Assembly (NCBI GenBank): GCA_964035545.1
Contig: OZ037765.1
Coordinates: forward strand, 22,009,504 to 22,073,503
Length of the DNA: 64,000 bases
Reading direction: 5' to 3'
Origin: Bugula neritina
Taxonomy: Eukaryota; Animalia; Bryozoa
Shown: positions 28,501-43,062 of the stretch, piece after piece
Layout: each line of letters opens with the position of its first letter
Position numbering within the stretch: the stretch's first letter is position 1
The notes under the pieces: generated by a model
Told to the model about the DNA's origin: nothing
What the model saw: only the letters and a program-made list of their open reading frames with translations
Database searches by the model: none
Position numbers and translations under genes: made by a program

Positions 28501-31500
28501 AAATTCAGCAAGCTGTATCATGAGGTCATACCTGTTGTGTGATGAGGTTTTGGTTACTCTAAGCCTAGTCATAGATGACAATAAGTGAAAACTATTATTT
28601 GTAACCAAATGAAACAAGGATTTATCTAAATTCTAAATGATCTACATAATATTATATTGAATTACTTTAATTACTGTTTATTGTCAATACTAGTCAGTTG
28701 GTGGCTTTGGCCTGATAAGAATCTACCACCTGGCAATAAATTATAATGTCTGCCTTGATAACAGAAAAATATATGAATAGTTCAAATACATAGACCTAAC
28801 TCTGCCATTGATTTTAATCATTGGTATTATTTCAGCAGTAAATAGTAATTTATAATGTAATACTGTACAGATTCTAGCAGTTAGCCTATTCAAAAACTCT
28901 CAAGCTACTGAATATATTATGCATCTATTTTGTCAACAAGACCATGATTTAAATACACCCCCTGGCTCCATTCCTTTCACATTATTCTTATTATTTGTAG
29001 CAGGAACAGCTCTTTAAAGGATAGTAGAAGTTGTTTATCTAAAAACATGTTTAATATAATGCAATCAATATTAAAGCTCTTGCTACTCACTGTATTGGAC
29101 AGCTGTATCCCAGGCCTTCTTATGCTCTCTCCACAGTTTAGTATTTAGGAAACTTTGAACTTTAGAATTCACCATAAGTGAGCTGTAGCAGGCTTTGAGA
29201 ATGTGGGACACTGCGTGGATGAACTCATCACAGCCAGGCTCGGAGTTCACACTCAAACCTCCGGCTCTTTCACCATACAGCACTGACACAATTCCTACAT
29301 ATATTACAAACTGTTTGCTGAAACTTATTATAAACATGAAAATATTAATATTATTGGATTTTTATAACCATTTAAAGGTATATTTAATTAAATTGTGCAG
29401 ACAAATCCTGTCATCTAAATCTAAATCTTGAAGCTTGAAAAACAAAAACAAAGCTAGTTTGAGGCTATTTCTCTCCAACAAGCTGTAATATTATAATGTT
29501 TATGGCTGGTTGCTGGGTTATTGATTCTCTATTGGTATGTCAAGCATAATGAAAAATGATTTAGCAAATATGTTTTTGTCTGTATGCACTAGAAAGAGAC
29601 AACAAGGATACCAGGTGAGCAGATTGTTGTGTACTGAATAAATATCTGCACTTCCCATCCAGGTTAGTCAGTCAGTCGGTTGTTCAAGTACATGTTAGTG
29701 CATTAGTAAACTTGAGCCAAATTTTTTTTAAAAAATCCAGATTCTACACAGTTGAGTGAAGCGAGAGTGCGGTTTTTACATACTCTGTTTTTCTTTGTTT
29801 GGACTGTATTATAGAGACCCATCAATTATTTTACCCTTGGGTGGCCGGACATGATAAGGCTATTGATTTTATGATTGCGTAGGATTGTAGTTTTAAAGCC
29901 TTCACGTATACATGCAATCGGGATAAACTTGGGCCATTTTCAACTTTTTGTACAGCATTTAATAGATTGCATAAAATACGGTTTATAGTTTTTATTAGTG
30001 AAAGTAAATGCCAGTATCTTATCTAGGCAAGTCCTCTGTTCAACATATTAGTACCATAATTCTGCACCATTTATTGTCACCAGTAGATAATGACTATTAC
30101 TATGAAACTGTTCAAACTCTGATGCTAATTTGTTAAAACTGAAACAACAAACAATTGATACAGAGTACCTGTTCCTCAACACCGTTTGATGGTAAAGTAT
30201 AATAAACTCCAAAATATTGAATGTTCTATATAGTATAACCTATTCTTTTACTGCGACATGTAATTTGCATATTGAGCCAAGTACTGCTAGTGCCCGGTAT
30301 AGTTGTGGTTACGTGATACCTGGTGTATTTAGCTCCTGCTTATGCAGGCTAATCCTTCATTACCTGGCAGGTATAAGCCTCAAAGGTGTCTAATCTACTG
30401 GACTTTCGAAGAATTATTTGTAAACTATTTTGAAAATTAATGCTCCAGAAATCTACCCATAACACATAATCAAACACATTACTTTAGCAGTGTAATAATG
30501 CTATCTAATAGATTTTGGTTTTGCGTAGTGTTTTCTTCTAATACCATTATAATTTTGCACAAAGAAAGTAAGCCTCCTTTAGTCACGCAAGCTAAAAATA
30601 AGCTAAATTTACCCTCAAAAGTGAATCTGTACAGATGGAAGGATAAATTGTCCACAAAGTTGTGTTCATCCTTCTTAGAGTCCAGATAAGTGCACAGATC
30701 ATCACTGATAGCAGACTGGTTGACTATGAAGTCTTGCATAGCAAATGGTTTCAGCATCACAGATCTGACTGCCTGACGTTTTCTTTCCCATTCAGTGCCT
30801 TGCCTGTAAAGTAAAAACTATTGTAGACGTTTGACAACATTTTCAAAAAAGAACAAGCATGTTATTCATACCTGCATTAATAATAAAAATATTTAAATTA
30901 GTTACAATTTTTGTACCAAGTAATAGCATTTGAATTTTTCTCCAATTGGGTGTGAAACAATTATAACAAATTGTTTTCAAAGTACGTTGACACTATAACC
31001 TAGCCTTGTTTATTGGTACACTAGACAGGGAGGGGGGGGTTTAAATATAATCAGCCCTTAATGTTGTAGAAGATAGATGGATTCATCTCTATGATTCTAT
31101 GGCTAGAGATGATAAAGCTCTCAGCTTGCGGTGATTCAGATGATTGCAGAGTACTTATGCACTGAGCAGAGCTAAACAGGCAGGTAATGATATTCTATAC
31201 TTGAGAATATTTTGTCAATTGCTTGCTGGGTACACATGCACTCACTATTACCAAACTTTGAACCTTTGAAATTCAAACATAGTAGTTCTGATATCATATC
31301 AACAGTTTACCAAATATTAGAACAAATAATATTTTTGCAATATATTACTTCTTTCTTTTCACTTTTCACAGTAAAAACATCTATTTTAACACTGTTGTAA
31401 AAATATATATAACACAGTCAATTTAGCCTGTAATCTGATGTCGCAAAATGTTGTTACATGTTATCGCATAAGAAATTTGGTACTTTGTCATTATAAGTGC

Positions 31501-34500
31501 CTTTCATTGCACAAAAGACTACTTTTATTTAATAAAAGTTTCCCTTTTGATGCGAAGTTTAGCATATTGCTATAATAAGCTACACCATTAGTATACTATC
31601 GGTTTATTACTATAAACTATACCTACCATTAATGTGATATAATTATATTATACTATGAAGTAATATTAAAATTTCAAATTCCATAAGTCAAAAATTCTTT
31701 AACTGTAATTGTAATGCTAAAATTTCGTTTGAGCAGGAAAGATAACGCTATAATTCTGTATGATATAAATAAGACTATGCTTGTGATTTATGACTGCCTC
31801 TTTCTCACTAAAATAGGTTATAGTTTATATGCATGTGCGAATGCTTATATGTTTAATAAAGGTCATAAATTTGAACTGCAATAACTTATATAATTAAATT
31901 GCTTTGATACTTTTACTCAATTAATAACTTTATATTTAAATGGTTCTAACTACCCAGTATTTTTTCTACAATTTACTTAAAATCATAAAACAGCTGATGT
32001 ACTTTATAATGTTCAAATATTCTATTTGAGATTTAGTAACCATTATTTAAGGCTATCGATTTAAATATGCTGTGCAATCTAAATATAGTACCTAATATAA
32101 AGGTTGTATTTATATCAGTTTAAGTTATACCTTATATTCGCCTATATACAGCTCCTAATTTGGATTTATTGTATGTGGCAATAATTAAAAGTTCAACACT
32201 GATTTGTTCCCAAGTGATATACTTTACTACCTGCAATGTGACAGAGAAAGACATGTGTAGTGTGCAGCTAATATCAGATTGACAGAATAAAACAGAAATC
32301 ATTGTGCATTTTTTGTTGACCAAATTTCTATGATTTATACATCAATTTGTACAGATGAACTTGAATTATGCCAATTATGACATCACCACATAACATTTCC
32401 ACACTCCTGACAAAACACGCACGTGCTAGGTACTCATGCACCCAGTCAATTTGGTTACAAAACGCTGAAGTGAGAACAAAGCGACAGGTCATGTCATACA
32501 ATAGCATCAACAGCATAACTGGTGGATTTTTTCCCTCCGTGAGAATGCTAGTTCGCATGCATCCAGTTATTGACACTTCAATTACTACGTTTAAACACGG
32601 CTGCATTTCTGGCAAAAAGCCAATTTCATAGTTGGATTGAAACGCGCAGCTGCAGTGCAGATGAACCAGTTTTCAGTTCCCCGAAGTGTAAACAATAATG
32701 AATAGCTGCACAGCTTGCAAAGACAAAGATAGCAGTCTAACCTAGTCAGTCAATGACCATAAGTACAATATCATATCAGTTTTGTGGCTTACTAGGTCTA
32801 GACTAGATGATTACAAAGGTTAAAGTTTACAGGTGTATCATTTACCTATTACTGCTAGTGAATTTATCTGTTTTACTTAGTCCATAATATGAAGCTGTCA
32901 CAACAAGATCAGAACGTGCCTAAAACTTGAAAATTTGATGAATATTCAATTAGATATCCGGTTTGTTAACATTAATAACATTATTGAATCATGTAGGTTG
33001 CCAAAAGAACTTTACTAAAAGAACTAGTTACAGATTACTTACGATGTCAAAAGGCCACCAGGTAATTTTTGGCTCTGTAGGTACTCTAACCAGGGTAAAG
33101 GAGCATCTCTGGTGGGTATTGGATCCTCCTTTCGAACAATTTCTTCCATTAGCTTTGGACATGCAATTCCAAATGATCTTGTAGGTCCAAATTTCATTTT
33201 GACAACTTTCCCATACTCTTTCACCATATCATCCTATATTATAATTCCAAGCTTTTAACCTGCTTTTGACCAAAAGCCTCAAAAGACACACTAATAATAA
33301 ATAAGGTAGTTTCCATCACAACATATCCATTTATAGGAAGAACTAGTGCTATGCCAATGACTATAAATATTCTAGTAGTGGTCTGCCTACCATTAAAACA
33401 CATTGTTAATGCGGTTGTATTCAATGTCACAGCAGCGTCTTAGGCCATGTTAATGTACTTTAGTAACATTAAATAGTCTGTACCTTAGTAAGATTGACAA
33501 TCTGTACAGTGTATATTATAAGAATAATGACAATTATAATAATAAAACTAATAATACTAGTAATATGAGTAATGCAATAGTGTACAATATTAGGACAAGT
33601 AGTCTGTATTGCAGTGTAAGAAGTTATATTTATTGCAACAACAGAAACAGCTTGGTGACAGCTAGTTATTACATATTATGCTGTATGCTTTTATTATGGT
33701 GCATATCACTTCTTCAGCCATGCATTATGTCTTTATTAGGTTGTTATTCTACACAGTAGAAAATAGTTGTAAGCAAAATTGCATGCTTTTGGTTGGTTTG
33801 TAATCTTAATTTTAAGAGCTTACAACTTACGAGGCATCACAGCATGAACATGAAATAGCCCCGACTACACCATTAACTAAATTATTAGCATATATATTAT
33901 TTTATAGTGATTATAATTTTATTTATGATAAAATTATAGCGTAATATTAGTTCAGTGCTTTCTGGCTAGTTGCTGTAATTTTCTGATTAGTTAAATCATC
34001 TGAAATTACAGAAGAAAAGCTGGGGTGTTTTTACACATTATTGTTATAAATATATATATGGGGAATTGAATTTAATTATATATATTTTGATTTGAAGTGC
34101 AAATTGAAAATAATGATTTCTAAAACTACAATGACAATGAATATAAATTAGATATGTCAAACCTACTTTTGAATCATATTTAATATTAAAAATCGAGTAC
34201 AAATATTTGCAATATATATAATAATTTATATTATAATTATATACGAAAATTGTCTTTGGCTAGAAATTTTGTGAAGACTACATGATTTTATGAAATCAGT
34301 ATTCAGAATTTAGTATAAGGAATACTCACAATGACCAGGTGAATTTGATCAGGTTTAGCTATCAGTTTGTACGCTGTACCAACTATTGGAAATGATCTTG
34401 GTCCCTTTAAATCACTCCATGTTATTGGAGTTTTCACATCTGGCTTAGCTGACAAATCTTCAGTATTTACCGACAAAGTTCCAGCTAAAGATTGAGAGCT

Positions 34501-34557
34501 TCTGCAACTCCTGGTTACGACGTGAGATAACGACAATATTTGTTCTGCTTTTCTCAT
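22536..34557 (-). CDS. Cytochrome P450, mitochondrial clan, 513 aa, 9 exons
   Basis: Exons 34557-34330, 33233-33043, 30803-30613, 29294-29091, 26797-26646, 25919-25668, 23764-23599, 23305-23262 and 22649-22536 total 1542 nt and stay in frame. Motifs: Arg/Ser-rich N-terminus without a TM anchor, GPRSFPIVG, WERKR (WxxxR), GGVDTT (I-helix), ETLR (ExxR), PERF and heme loop FGFGTRGCIG. Confidence 0.93.
25945..26156 (+). mobile_element. tRNA-derived SINE (best-preserved copy)
   Basis: A-box TGGTCTAGCGG and B-box-like GGTTCAAAGCC in a tRNA-like head; the body is shared with three other copies in the window. Confidence 0.8.
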
Positions 34558-36402
34558 TTTGAAAAATTTAACAGCTTGCAGGCGAAATAGATTTGGAAGA
34601 GTAAATGCTCACTGTTCACCATTCCCACTACTTATTATGAACCTGCAAATGTTCAACTGTCTAGTTTTCTCCATCTCAAGGTCAAATGCACATTTAGCTC
34701 CGCCTCCTAATACTCTAAAAGCCGTTGTACATGCAGCTCGCAGGTCTTCAGTTGCAGAACCCATCAACTATTTTTTGTTTGTGTCCACAAATCGTGATAA
34801 CCTTGTATTATATATTTGATTTTCATGTACGGTATTTTCTTCATGTTTAAATTGATATTAAAAGTTGGCCCAGGATGTTCAATAATTTTCTCGACAATCT
34901 ATAGTGTTTATTTTCTCTATGCTAATTCAATTCAACTCTGAATGTTATAAATTTCACCATCAACAACTCATATTAGCCCTTGATATAAAACAAATTAAAA
35001 CTAATAAGAACTACTTAGCGTGATATAAAGCAGGACACTGGAAGAAATATTTCAAGGAGCTGATAAGCAGTCTAATATTTTCCCTGCCCCTGTTGGTTAT
35101 GTGAAGAAGGACATAGCCATATTCTATTAGTGGAAAAGACTAATTGCCGAAACAAAATTTTTAACATTTAATGAACATTTAATTAAATGCCAATGAATTG
35201 CAATTAAATCAACACGGAAAGATTTTTATCAGTAACCAATAGCATATAAAAGTATAAAGTCTACTATTGCAGTTTTATTGTATAATAAATCGGTCCTTAC
35301 AATACCATTATTATATTATTATGGAACCAAGTCCGTTTCATATTCATAATATTCTTTCAGGCTACATAGTATTAACTTTCATATTATGTTTGCATTACTA
35401 AAACTTCCATTTTACTAATTATAGTAGCTCTCATTCTAACACCTCAATCAGTTCATAAACACTTTTTCACCAATAAGAGTAGGCTGTGTGCTAGTAATTC
35501 CAGCTGGTCTGATTAATCAACATTCTGTGGCCTGTTTTGGGAGCAAATCATGCTCCACTAACAACTAAACACATCTCCTTTACCAGCACATGACAAACTC
35601 ACTATTTGTACACATCATGTGTGTACATATCATATTGAAAAACCCTCCAACTGTTTTAAATTAGTCTAGGTTTAAAGAAAACTTAAGAAGTTGTAATACA
35701 TTGCAAGTTGTAGAAAGCAACAGACAGGTCTTTTGAGTCTTCAGTATATGTAGTTTTTATAGAAAAATTTATATGACTAAAAATTGGCTTTTTACAATTG
35801 CAGCTGTTGACAAAATATCAGATGTTATATGATTGGGGCACACATCTATGAAATTTTAGCTAAATTGATAATTAACTTTTTACTGTAGGGATTTTGAAGG
35901 ATATTGCATGATGCGGTTATATGAAGTTTCTTAGAAATGAGTTGAGACAGAAACGAATGTATTAACCATAGTAGACACTAAACAGTTTATTAGATGATGT
36001 TACTTAATGTATAAACAGATTACAGAAATGTTGAATGGTGCCACTAACAAATTAACACTAGATTGTTCTGCAGTAGAATTATTAAAAAACAATTAGTTTA
36101 GAATAATTACATTCCAAAACTGTTTACCCGATAAATAATTTATTATACATTACTTTGAAAGAAGCAAACAAATATAATTTCAAAAAATAGATTTGCTCAC
36201 CAGTGCAGAGCAATTAAAATGGAAGTAAATCTCAGCAAAATATCATTTTGAAATTTTTCTGTTTCATGTATTAAAAGGCATGAAAGATAAATTATACAAT
36301 ATTTAAAAAATAATGGCATAAAATATAATTTTGCAAAACAAGAAGTTAACTTTTCTTGAAAATATACTAATTAGCTCAAATATTTGAGGTTATAGCTAAC
36401 AT

Positions 36403-39095
36403 CTATTCCTGGGCTGTTGCTGGCTTCTTTGCTGGACTTGCCTTTCGGGAGGAGACAATCTCTGGCAGCATCCCACTTTTACTAGATTCGGGGATGTCAC
36501 TAACAAACTGGAATCGCTGAAATGATGAGGAATAATTGGTTGATGTATCCATTGGTGGCTTGTTTGGATTTATCTCATACAGGGGACGAAAACTCTTGGG
36601 TGGAGGCTGGAATACTCCTACGAAAAGGAGAGCATAGCTGTCATGCAGCTGCAGCATATTTATAAAGCATCACTTTTATTTGATGTATACATAATATGGC
36701 AATCAAAATGCAGCTTCAACATTTCAATATATATTTTTGCAGCATGCTGTGAATTAGTAGTCAACTAACAAAAGAATATAGTAGGGCATATGTCACATCA
36801 AATAAATGAATGAATCCGGAATGTGGTTGGAATAGAATGACAAATAGATTATGCCATTCTATTTTCATTGGCTTCCCTAGTTGACATAAAAATTGTCTAC
36901 CTTTGAAACGTTCTTGAGATTCAGTTGAACTGTCCATTTTTACACCAGGCTTGATGAATGTAGGCAGTGGTGCATAAGACTTGGGTTTACTTTGAGTTTT
37001 GAAAGTGAAATCATCTTTATAATTAGTTGACATTTCAATATTTTCTTTTCCCAGCTTTAAAGTAGATACCCTTGGTTCATAGCTCACTCTGTCACCAACA
37101 ATGTTCCCATCAGGAAAGTCGTGCTATGAATTCACAAGTATTTCGAAATCATTTGGTGCACATGAACTAACAATCAATTGAAATAAAGTCATGCATTTTA
37201 CCAATGATAGCTCCAAAAGGATATCAGATAACATATTTTCATGTAAAAGCATACAGTCTTAGAATAAGATAAACAACTTTTTTTAGTGGCACACTTGATT
37301 GGGTTGTTAAATTTATCACACCAGTGTCTGCTAGTTTCATTATGATGGCAATTTTGTTGACAAAATTCTGGCCTATTTACTGCTTGAGGATTGATTTGAA
37401 TGAATCAATGTCACAATGCAGTCTAGTATTTAGGGACGTCTCTCATCAAGTGTAATGAATAATGCAGTAGTTCACAATGCTAAGATGATTGCATCACTTG
37501 GTGCCAGGTGTGTACTTGTGTGATGAACTCTGACAGTATGATGTCACTGTGCAACCAGTCTGGGAAAGGAAATGCCTGCATCACTTGTAAACTATCGCTT
37601 GTGTGGGATTAGTGGTTAGTAGGCATTCCCAAACCTACTAGAACTGCCCACTTATTTTGCACCTTATTAGCTAAAGTGGATGCGAAGACTGAAATACAGT
37701 TTTAGTGCATTTTGCAACGTCTAACTGTCAAAATGAGTTGTAAATTTACTTTTCTGGATTTTCCAGAACACCCATGAGAAATTTTCTGCCCTTGTACACT
37801 ATTCTGTATGAATAAACAATGCTTCATGTACATGTAGTGTTCTTATAATCACTAAAATGCTTTAATCTGAATAAGCAGTGAATCTACGGGCTTTTGCTGA
37901 ATTTGAGTAGAAACTTACTGCAAGATAACAAGGAGCTAAATTACTTGAATTCCACTTGTGATTCTAATATCATATTTATTCAATCAGATCATAAAAATTT
38001 ATGATAATTACCAATACTCTCTAATAGTAAGGGATTTGAAGAGAATGCAGTTGAATTCAGTAGACAGCAAAACTCAGCTTTTTCATTTAGGTGCAGTGAT
38101 GGAGAAATTTCAATAGCCTAAGTTCTTTAATTTTCTTGATAAATTTTGGCTTGTGGCGAATTGAAATTATCACAAAAATATCATAACTTCTTTTGCTACA
38201 TTTCTCATCTAGAACACTGGCTTTTCTCAATTTCACCATTACTGCACCCACCTCAGCTTTTGCTGGTCCAATATTTTTACTGTAAATTTACCCGCAACCC
38301 AGTGCTACAGTGTAGGTTTTAGGCTATAGTATGTACTCACTGAGGTTCTCAGGTTATGGACTACAAGCATACTTTTTATATAGCATATTGGCCTCTAGTT
38401 ATAACTAAACTTGACTGCTTAGACGAATTTTTTTCCACAAAACCCGAATGAGCCTTGCAAAATACAATTTATGCAAGACATGTGGCACATGCTTTGAATA
38501 TGACCTAATGAATGTTTTCACAATACGCCAGCATACCAGACAAATTCTCTATTAGTTTACAGGCTGTAAACAGACAGTTTCAATCAAAAAGAGAGTAGAA
38601 TTGGGTCAAGTTGCAACTCGTGATGCTACTTTACTTAGCCAACACATTAAAGCTTAGGTATGAGAACACATGTACCCACAGCAAGGGTCATATTTGATAG
38701 CATAATATTTCCATACATGCGTAGCAGATTCAGGCTCATTGCCAAATCATACATATATCTAAGAGAGGTTTTCGTGACAAGGTCAGTATTAAAAGGTTAG
38801 TAATTGGCCCCATGTCAAGGAGAGCTTCTCATGCATGTATTTCAGTACATTTCAGCTATACTGGGTAATACATTTTCTGTCTTTCAACCCACATTTTTTA
38901 AATAATTTAATGTGAAACTAATCTATATCTGCTTCACCATAGATTTATAGATTGTTTTATAGAATATGCTAGATAGTGTGAACATAGTGCTAATGTTTCT
39001 ATTACTGTAGAATACATATCTGACACCATTGGTATGGCTGCTCAATTAATTCACTTTTAATATAACTATTACTACTACTGCTACTACTACTACTG

Positions 39096-39139
<44 letters not shown>

Positions 39140-42100
39140 GATACTGCTACTACTACTGCTACTACTACTACTGCTACTACTGCTACTACTGCTACTACTG
39201 CTAGTACTGCTACTGCTGCTACTACTGCTGCTACTACTGCTACTACTGCTGCTGCTACTACTACTACTGCTGCTACTACTACTACTACTGCTGCTACTAC
39301 TACTGCTGCTACTGCTACTACTGCTACTACTGCTCCTACTACTAATGCTGCTGCTAATTCTGCATGACATTCATCAATGACACTACTTGACTTTGAAAGG
39401 TTAAAAGACTGAAGTTTATTTGCAGGTTGGAATAGAAAGTAAAGTTAACCACAACTTATTTTGAGGTGAACCTTAAACTTGTTAAAAACATATGGCAGAA
39501 TTTTACCACTGTTACTATCACTACTATAACTACTGTTACCACTGTTACTATTTCTACTATAACTACTGCTACCACTGTTACCATCACTACTATAACTACT
39601 GCTACCACTGTTACTATTTCTACTATAACTACTGCTACCACTGTTACTATCACCACTATAACTACTGCTACCACTGTTACTATTTCTACTATAACTACTG
39701 CTACCACTGTTGAAATGCTATTATCACTGCTACAATCACTAGCTATAGGAAAACACATAGTGGTTATAATTAAAACCATTAGTTACAATCAAAAACTCAA
39801 TTACAGTATCCAATTGTTGCTTAGGCCATCAAAACAAAATGGAAGTTATTTACTCTTGAATAAAAATATTTCATATGGAAAGATAACTTCTAATACATTA
39901 CAAAACCTATAAGCTCCATAGAGGTCTGTCTGCCATGTATACTATTATTCAATGAGATGTTTTACCAAATACTTAGATATAGTAGTCATATACAATGTAT
40001 CAATATATTATATATGTTATATAAAATAGTTTCAAATAAACAGAAAACAAAATGTTGTTCACCATGATAGGTTAGTAAATCGTGTTAACTTGGTGGCAAT
40101 ACCATTGTAGTATAATAACTGATTTAATCTTTATAAACTACTTTATGTTCTAAAAGGATATCATTTTATTACATCGAGTTATAATACAGCAGTAAACTAC
40201 AGCTCATAAAGAGACTGATTGAAATAGTTCAAAACCATTTGAAAGACTAGCTACGATTGAAAAGGCTACTACTGACAATTGTAGGCATTCAACAAGGTGA
40301 AACATATTAATTATTGATTCAATAGATTTTAGTAACTTTCTTAATTCATTGTTAGATATGAATTTTCTTTATAGCCTTACAGGCTTAAAATAATACCCAG
40401 TCTTTGTTAAGATATTAGACTGTTTTAGTAATATGGCCTATATATGTAGCTAACATTCTTTAGATCTGTAGCTATCAATCTTATTGCACACTGTAGTACT
40501 GTAAAATCTAATTACTGGAGTTTTAAATTTTGTGTTATAAACTCTCCCTTATAAAATCCACTCATTTTTACAAATAAAGAAGGACGAATGAGTGTTAACA
40601 TTAGATACCAGTAGCGATGCATGTAACATGGTGCAAGGAAATTTCTATTTCAAACTCCCGCAAAGTAGCTGGAGTGAGTTATTGAAGAGGTGAAATTATA
40701 GGCAATGTTTTCAATTTTAACAGAATAATTAAAATAAAATATTAAACAGGAAATTCATTTTCCTTATAGCAACAAATCAACCTTATAGTATAATAGAATA
40801 TTTACAATTACAGATTCAATCACCTTACTTGTATACAATGATTGCGAGATATAGCGCAACTATTAGTCTGGTCTAAGTCATACATGTATATTATTTTACA
40901 AGACAGTAGTTACTATAGTCTATTGATTTAGTAAGCTAATTTTAAAGAAGCATGCAATGCATGTGAACAGATTTCTACACTTCTTCTTGAGCTGATGTAA
41001 TAAATTTACCAACATCAAATAAGAATCGAAGCAATCTAACAAAATAATGTTTTGACTGCCAGAATTAATGCAAAAAAGGTGGGAAAATAAACAAATAATC
41101 AATTGGCCCAAATACCCACTACTTAAGGTTAAGTGAAATTCATGAGAATATTTAGAAAACTCACTCTGTATGTGCTCTCTGCGTTAGCCATTGGGGTTCC
41201 AGCTTTCTGGGCCTCCAACCAGTTATTCTGTGAATTCACTGTTGAATAAGGCAGTTTCTTTACATCCTTGTATGCTACAAAGTCCTTTTTATTTGTTGTT
41301 TCACAGCTAAACTTTGCCGAAGGTTTTCGATATTGGTAGGATGGGGCGAAACTAAATCAGACAGACAATTTAACTGAATAAGATAACTCATTAGTCATTT
41401 AACCAAAGAACACTGGCAAACAAGTTTAATTAAGCTTGCAAAATTTTCATAACTAGTACAAGAAAACACAATTTACACACACAAAGCACACAACAAGCTT
41501 GAAAATATTATACAATATCTTGGAACAAAAGCAACTAAATATGTAAATAATAAGACACATTTTATGTTGATAATGTGACCATTTATTGACATTTGATTCT
41601 AATCAGATTGGTGTTGATAGGTTCTATTGATTTGGCTATGAGCTATAGATTCTATACACACATGCCAATTATATTCTAACATAAAAATATAGTCCACTAC
41701 AATACAGGACCTTTGAATTAGTTACCTTTTCGTCTTAACAACAGCTCTTTGTACAAAATCTTCTGAATATCCACTGCTACCTTGAAATGTTCCACTCATA
41801 ATATTATTGTCTTTCAGCCTGTAAGCTGCAATTACATGTTATCAATGTGTCAACAGGGTTGACACTTATATTGTTGCTCTGTTAACAACAGCAAAGTAAA
41901 TACAACCAAATGATATTGATAGCAATATTAAAAAGAATTCAAGCTCTGATGAAGGTCTCCTGAATGCTTGAAGTATGTTTATATTATAGATTTGAACTAA
42001 CACTAGTTCACTGATTCTTAGTTCGCAGTTGAAACCAAGCTATTACTCCTAGTAATTATTTATATAGATGTTGAGAAGGTATATGTGTATTGTGTATATA

Positions 42101-43062
42101 TTTGAATGTTTAATCTTCACCGAGTCACTCTAGAAAACAGTTTAGTCTGCTTACACTTATAAACATACATTATTACTAATATTTTCTGAAGTTTTCTTCA
42201 AACGTGTTGTCCTTTGTATAAATATCTATTAAGCTAATAAATAATTGTAACTGACACTCCTGGAAAGTATATGTAACTGTGTAAATGTGAACTTAAGACA
42301 AGTGACAAAAGTAAGTACTTTGCCTTCACATACTAACTAATAAATTCTAGCATGTGAACCTTCGCCCTATTTGCAGTGAAAACCATGAGTGACAAATTGC
42401 ATACTTGAAAATAGGAAACAGTACACAAGAAGTAAAAATAGTAGCAAATTGTAGTTTAATTATTCGGTGAGCAAAAATTAATGTAGCAGGTTATTGTGAT
42501 GTCATTCATTTCCCTAGAGAAATCATATTGCAACAGCATGGTTAGAAATAGATGATTTATCTGCAACTGTAAAGGTAGAGAGTTACACTAGTATTAAGGA
42601 GAAGTTGAAACATAAGCCAATGCTATTGAGTTGGTGGTAGCTTACCAGTGACATGCTCAATAGGCTTAGGGGTATAGGAGTCCTTGTTCTCTGTTGTACC
42701 CTGGAAAGCTCCCTGGCCATGACTTTTGTTGACAGGCTTTATAAGGGAGGCTGGGGTGACCCGAAGTCCCTTATATGCCTCCTGACACAGTAATGGGATA
42801 TCTTACTATAGATATTTGAGTGTAGACGTTTTATTGTAGATATCTTACTCAACAATATTTTATTGTACTAGGAACTAGTGATAATTTTCTATCATTCCTG
42901 AATTAACTACTAGTACCGAAAATTTTTATATTTGTTTACTATAATCTTAAAAAAAACCATGCAATTGCTTACTCTATTAGTGGTTGTGGTTTCCATCTTA
43001 ATTCCATGTTCAGGAGCTAAGTTATCCTGCTGCTTTATAGGAGCTAATCGGACAGCGAGCAT
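36403..43062 (-). CDS. Mn-motif repeat protein, SAXO (stabilizer of axonemal microtubules)-like, ~316 aa
   Basis: Phase-consistent exons 43062-42973, 42781-42646, 41825-41726, 41351-41165, 37123-36901 and 36617-36403 (951 nt). About eight spaced Mn-like motifs occur (TTTNREAY, TTENKDSY, SSGYSEDF, TTNKKDF, STYRHDF, STNYKDDF, STESQERF, STNYSSSF), with Pro-rich linkers (KSFAP, KSYAP, KSFRP). The start codon is uncertain. Confidence 0.75.
39070..39356. repeat. (TAC/TGC)n trinucleotide microsatellite, intronic
   Basis: Read directly; it produces the spurious poly-Ser ORF 39002-39370. Confidence 0.95.
39504..39711. repeat. 33-bp tandem repeat, ~6 copies (TACCACTGTTACTATTTCTACTATAACTACTGC)
   Basis: Read directly; intronic to the SAXO-like gene. 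Confidence 0.9.

Noticed and set aside
32328-32631. Overlapping 87-95 aa ORFs in a CYP intron
   Set aside because: No motifs or splice support; possibly an unrecognised repeat.
39002-39912. Poly-Ser, mucin-like Thr-rich and Tyr/Cys-rich ORFs
   Set aside because: Products of intronic simple and tandem repeats; no splice-supported coding context.
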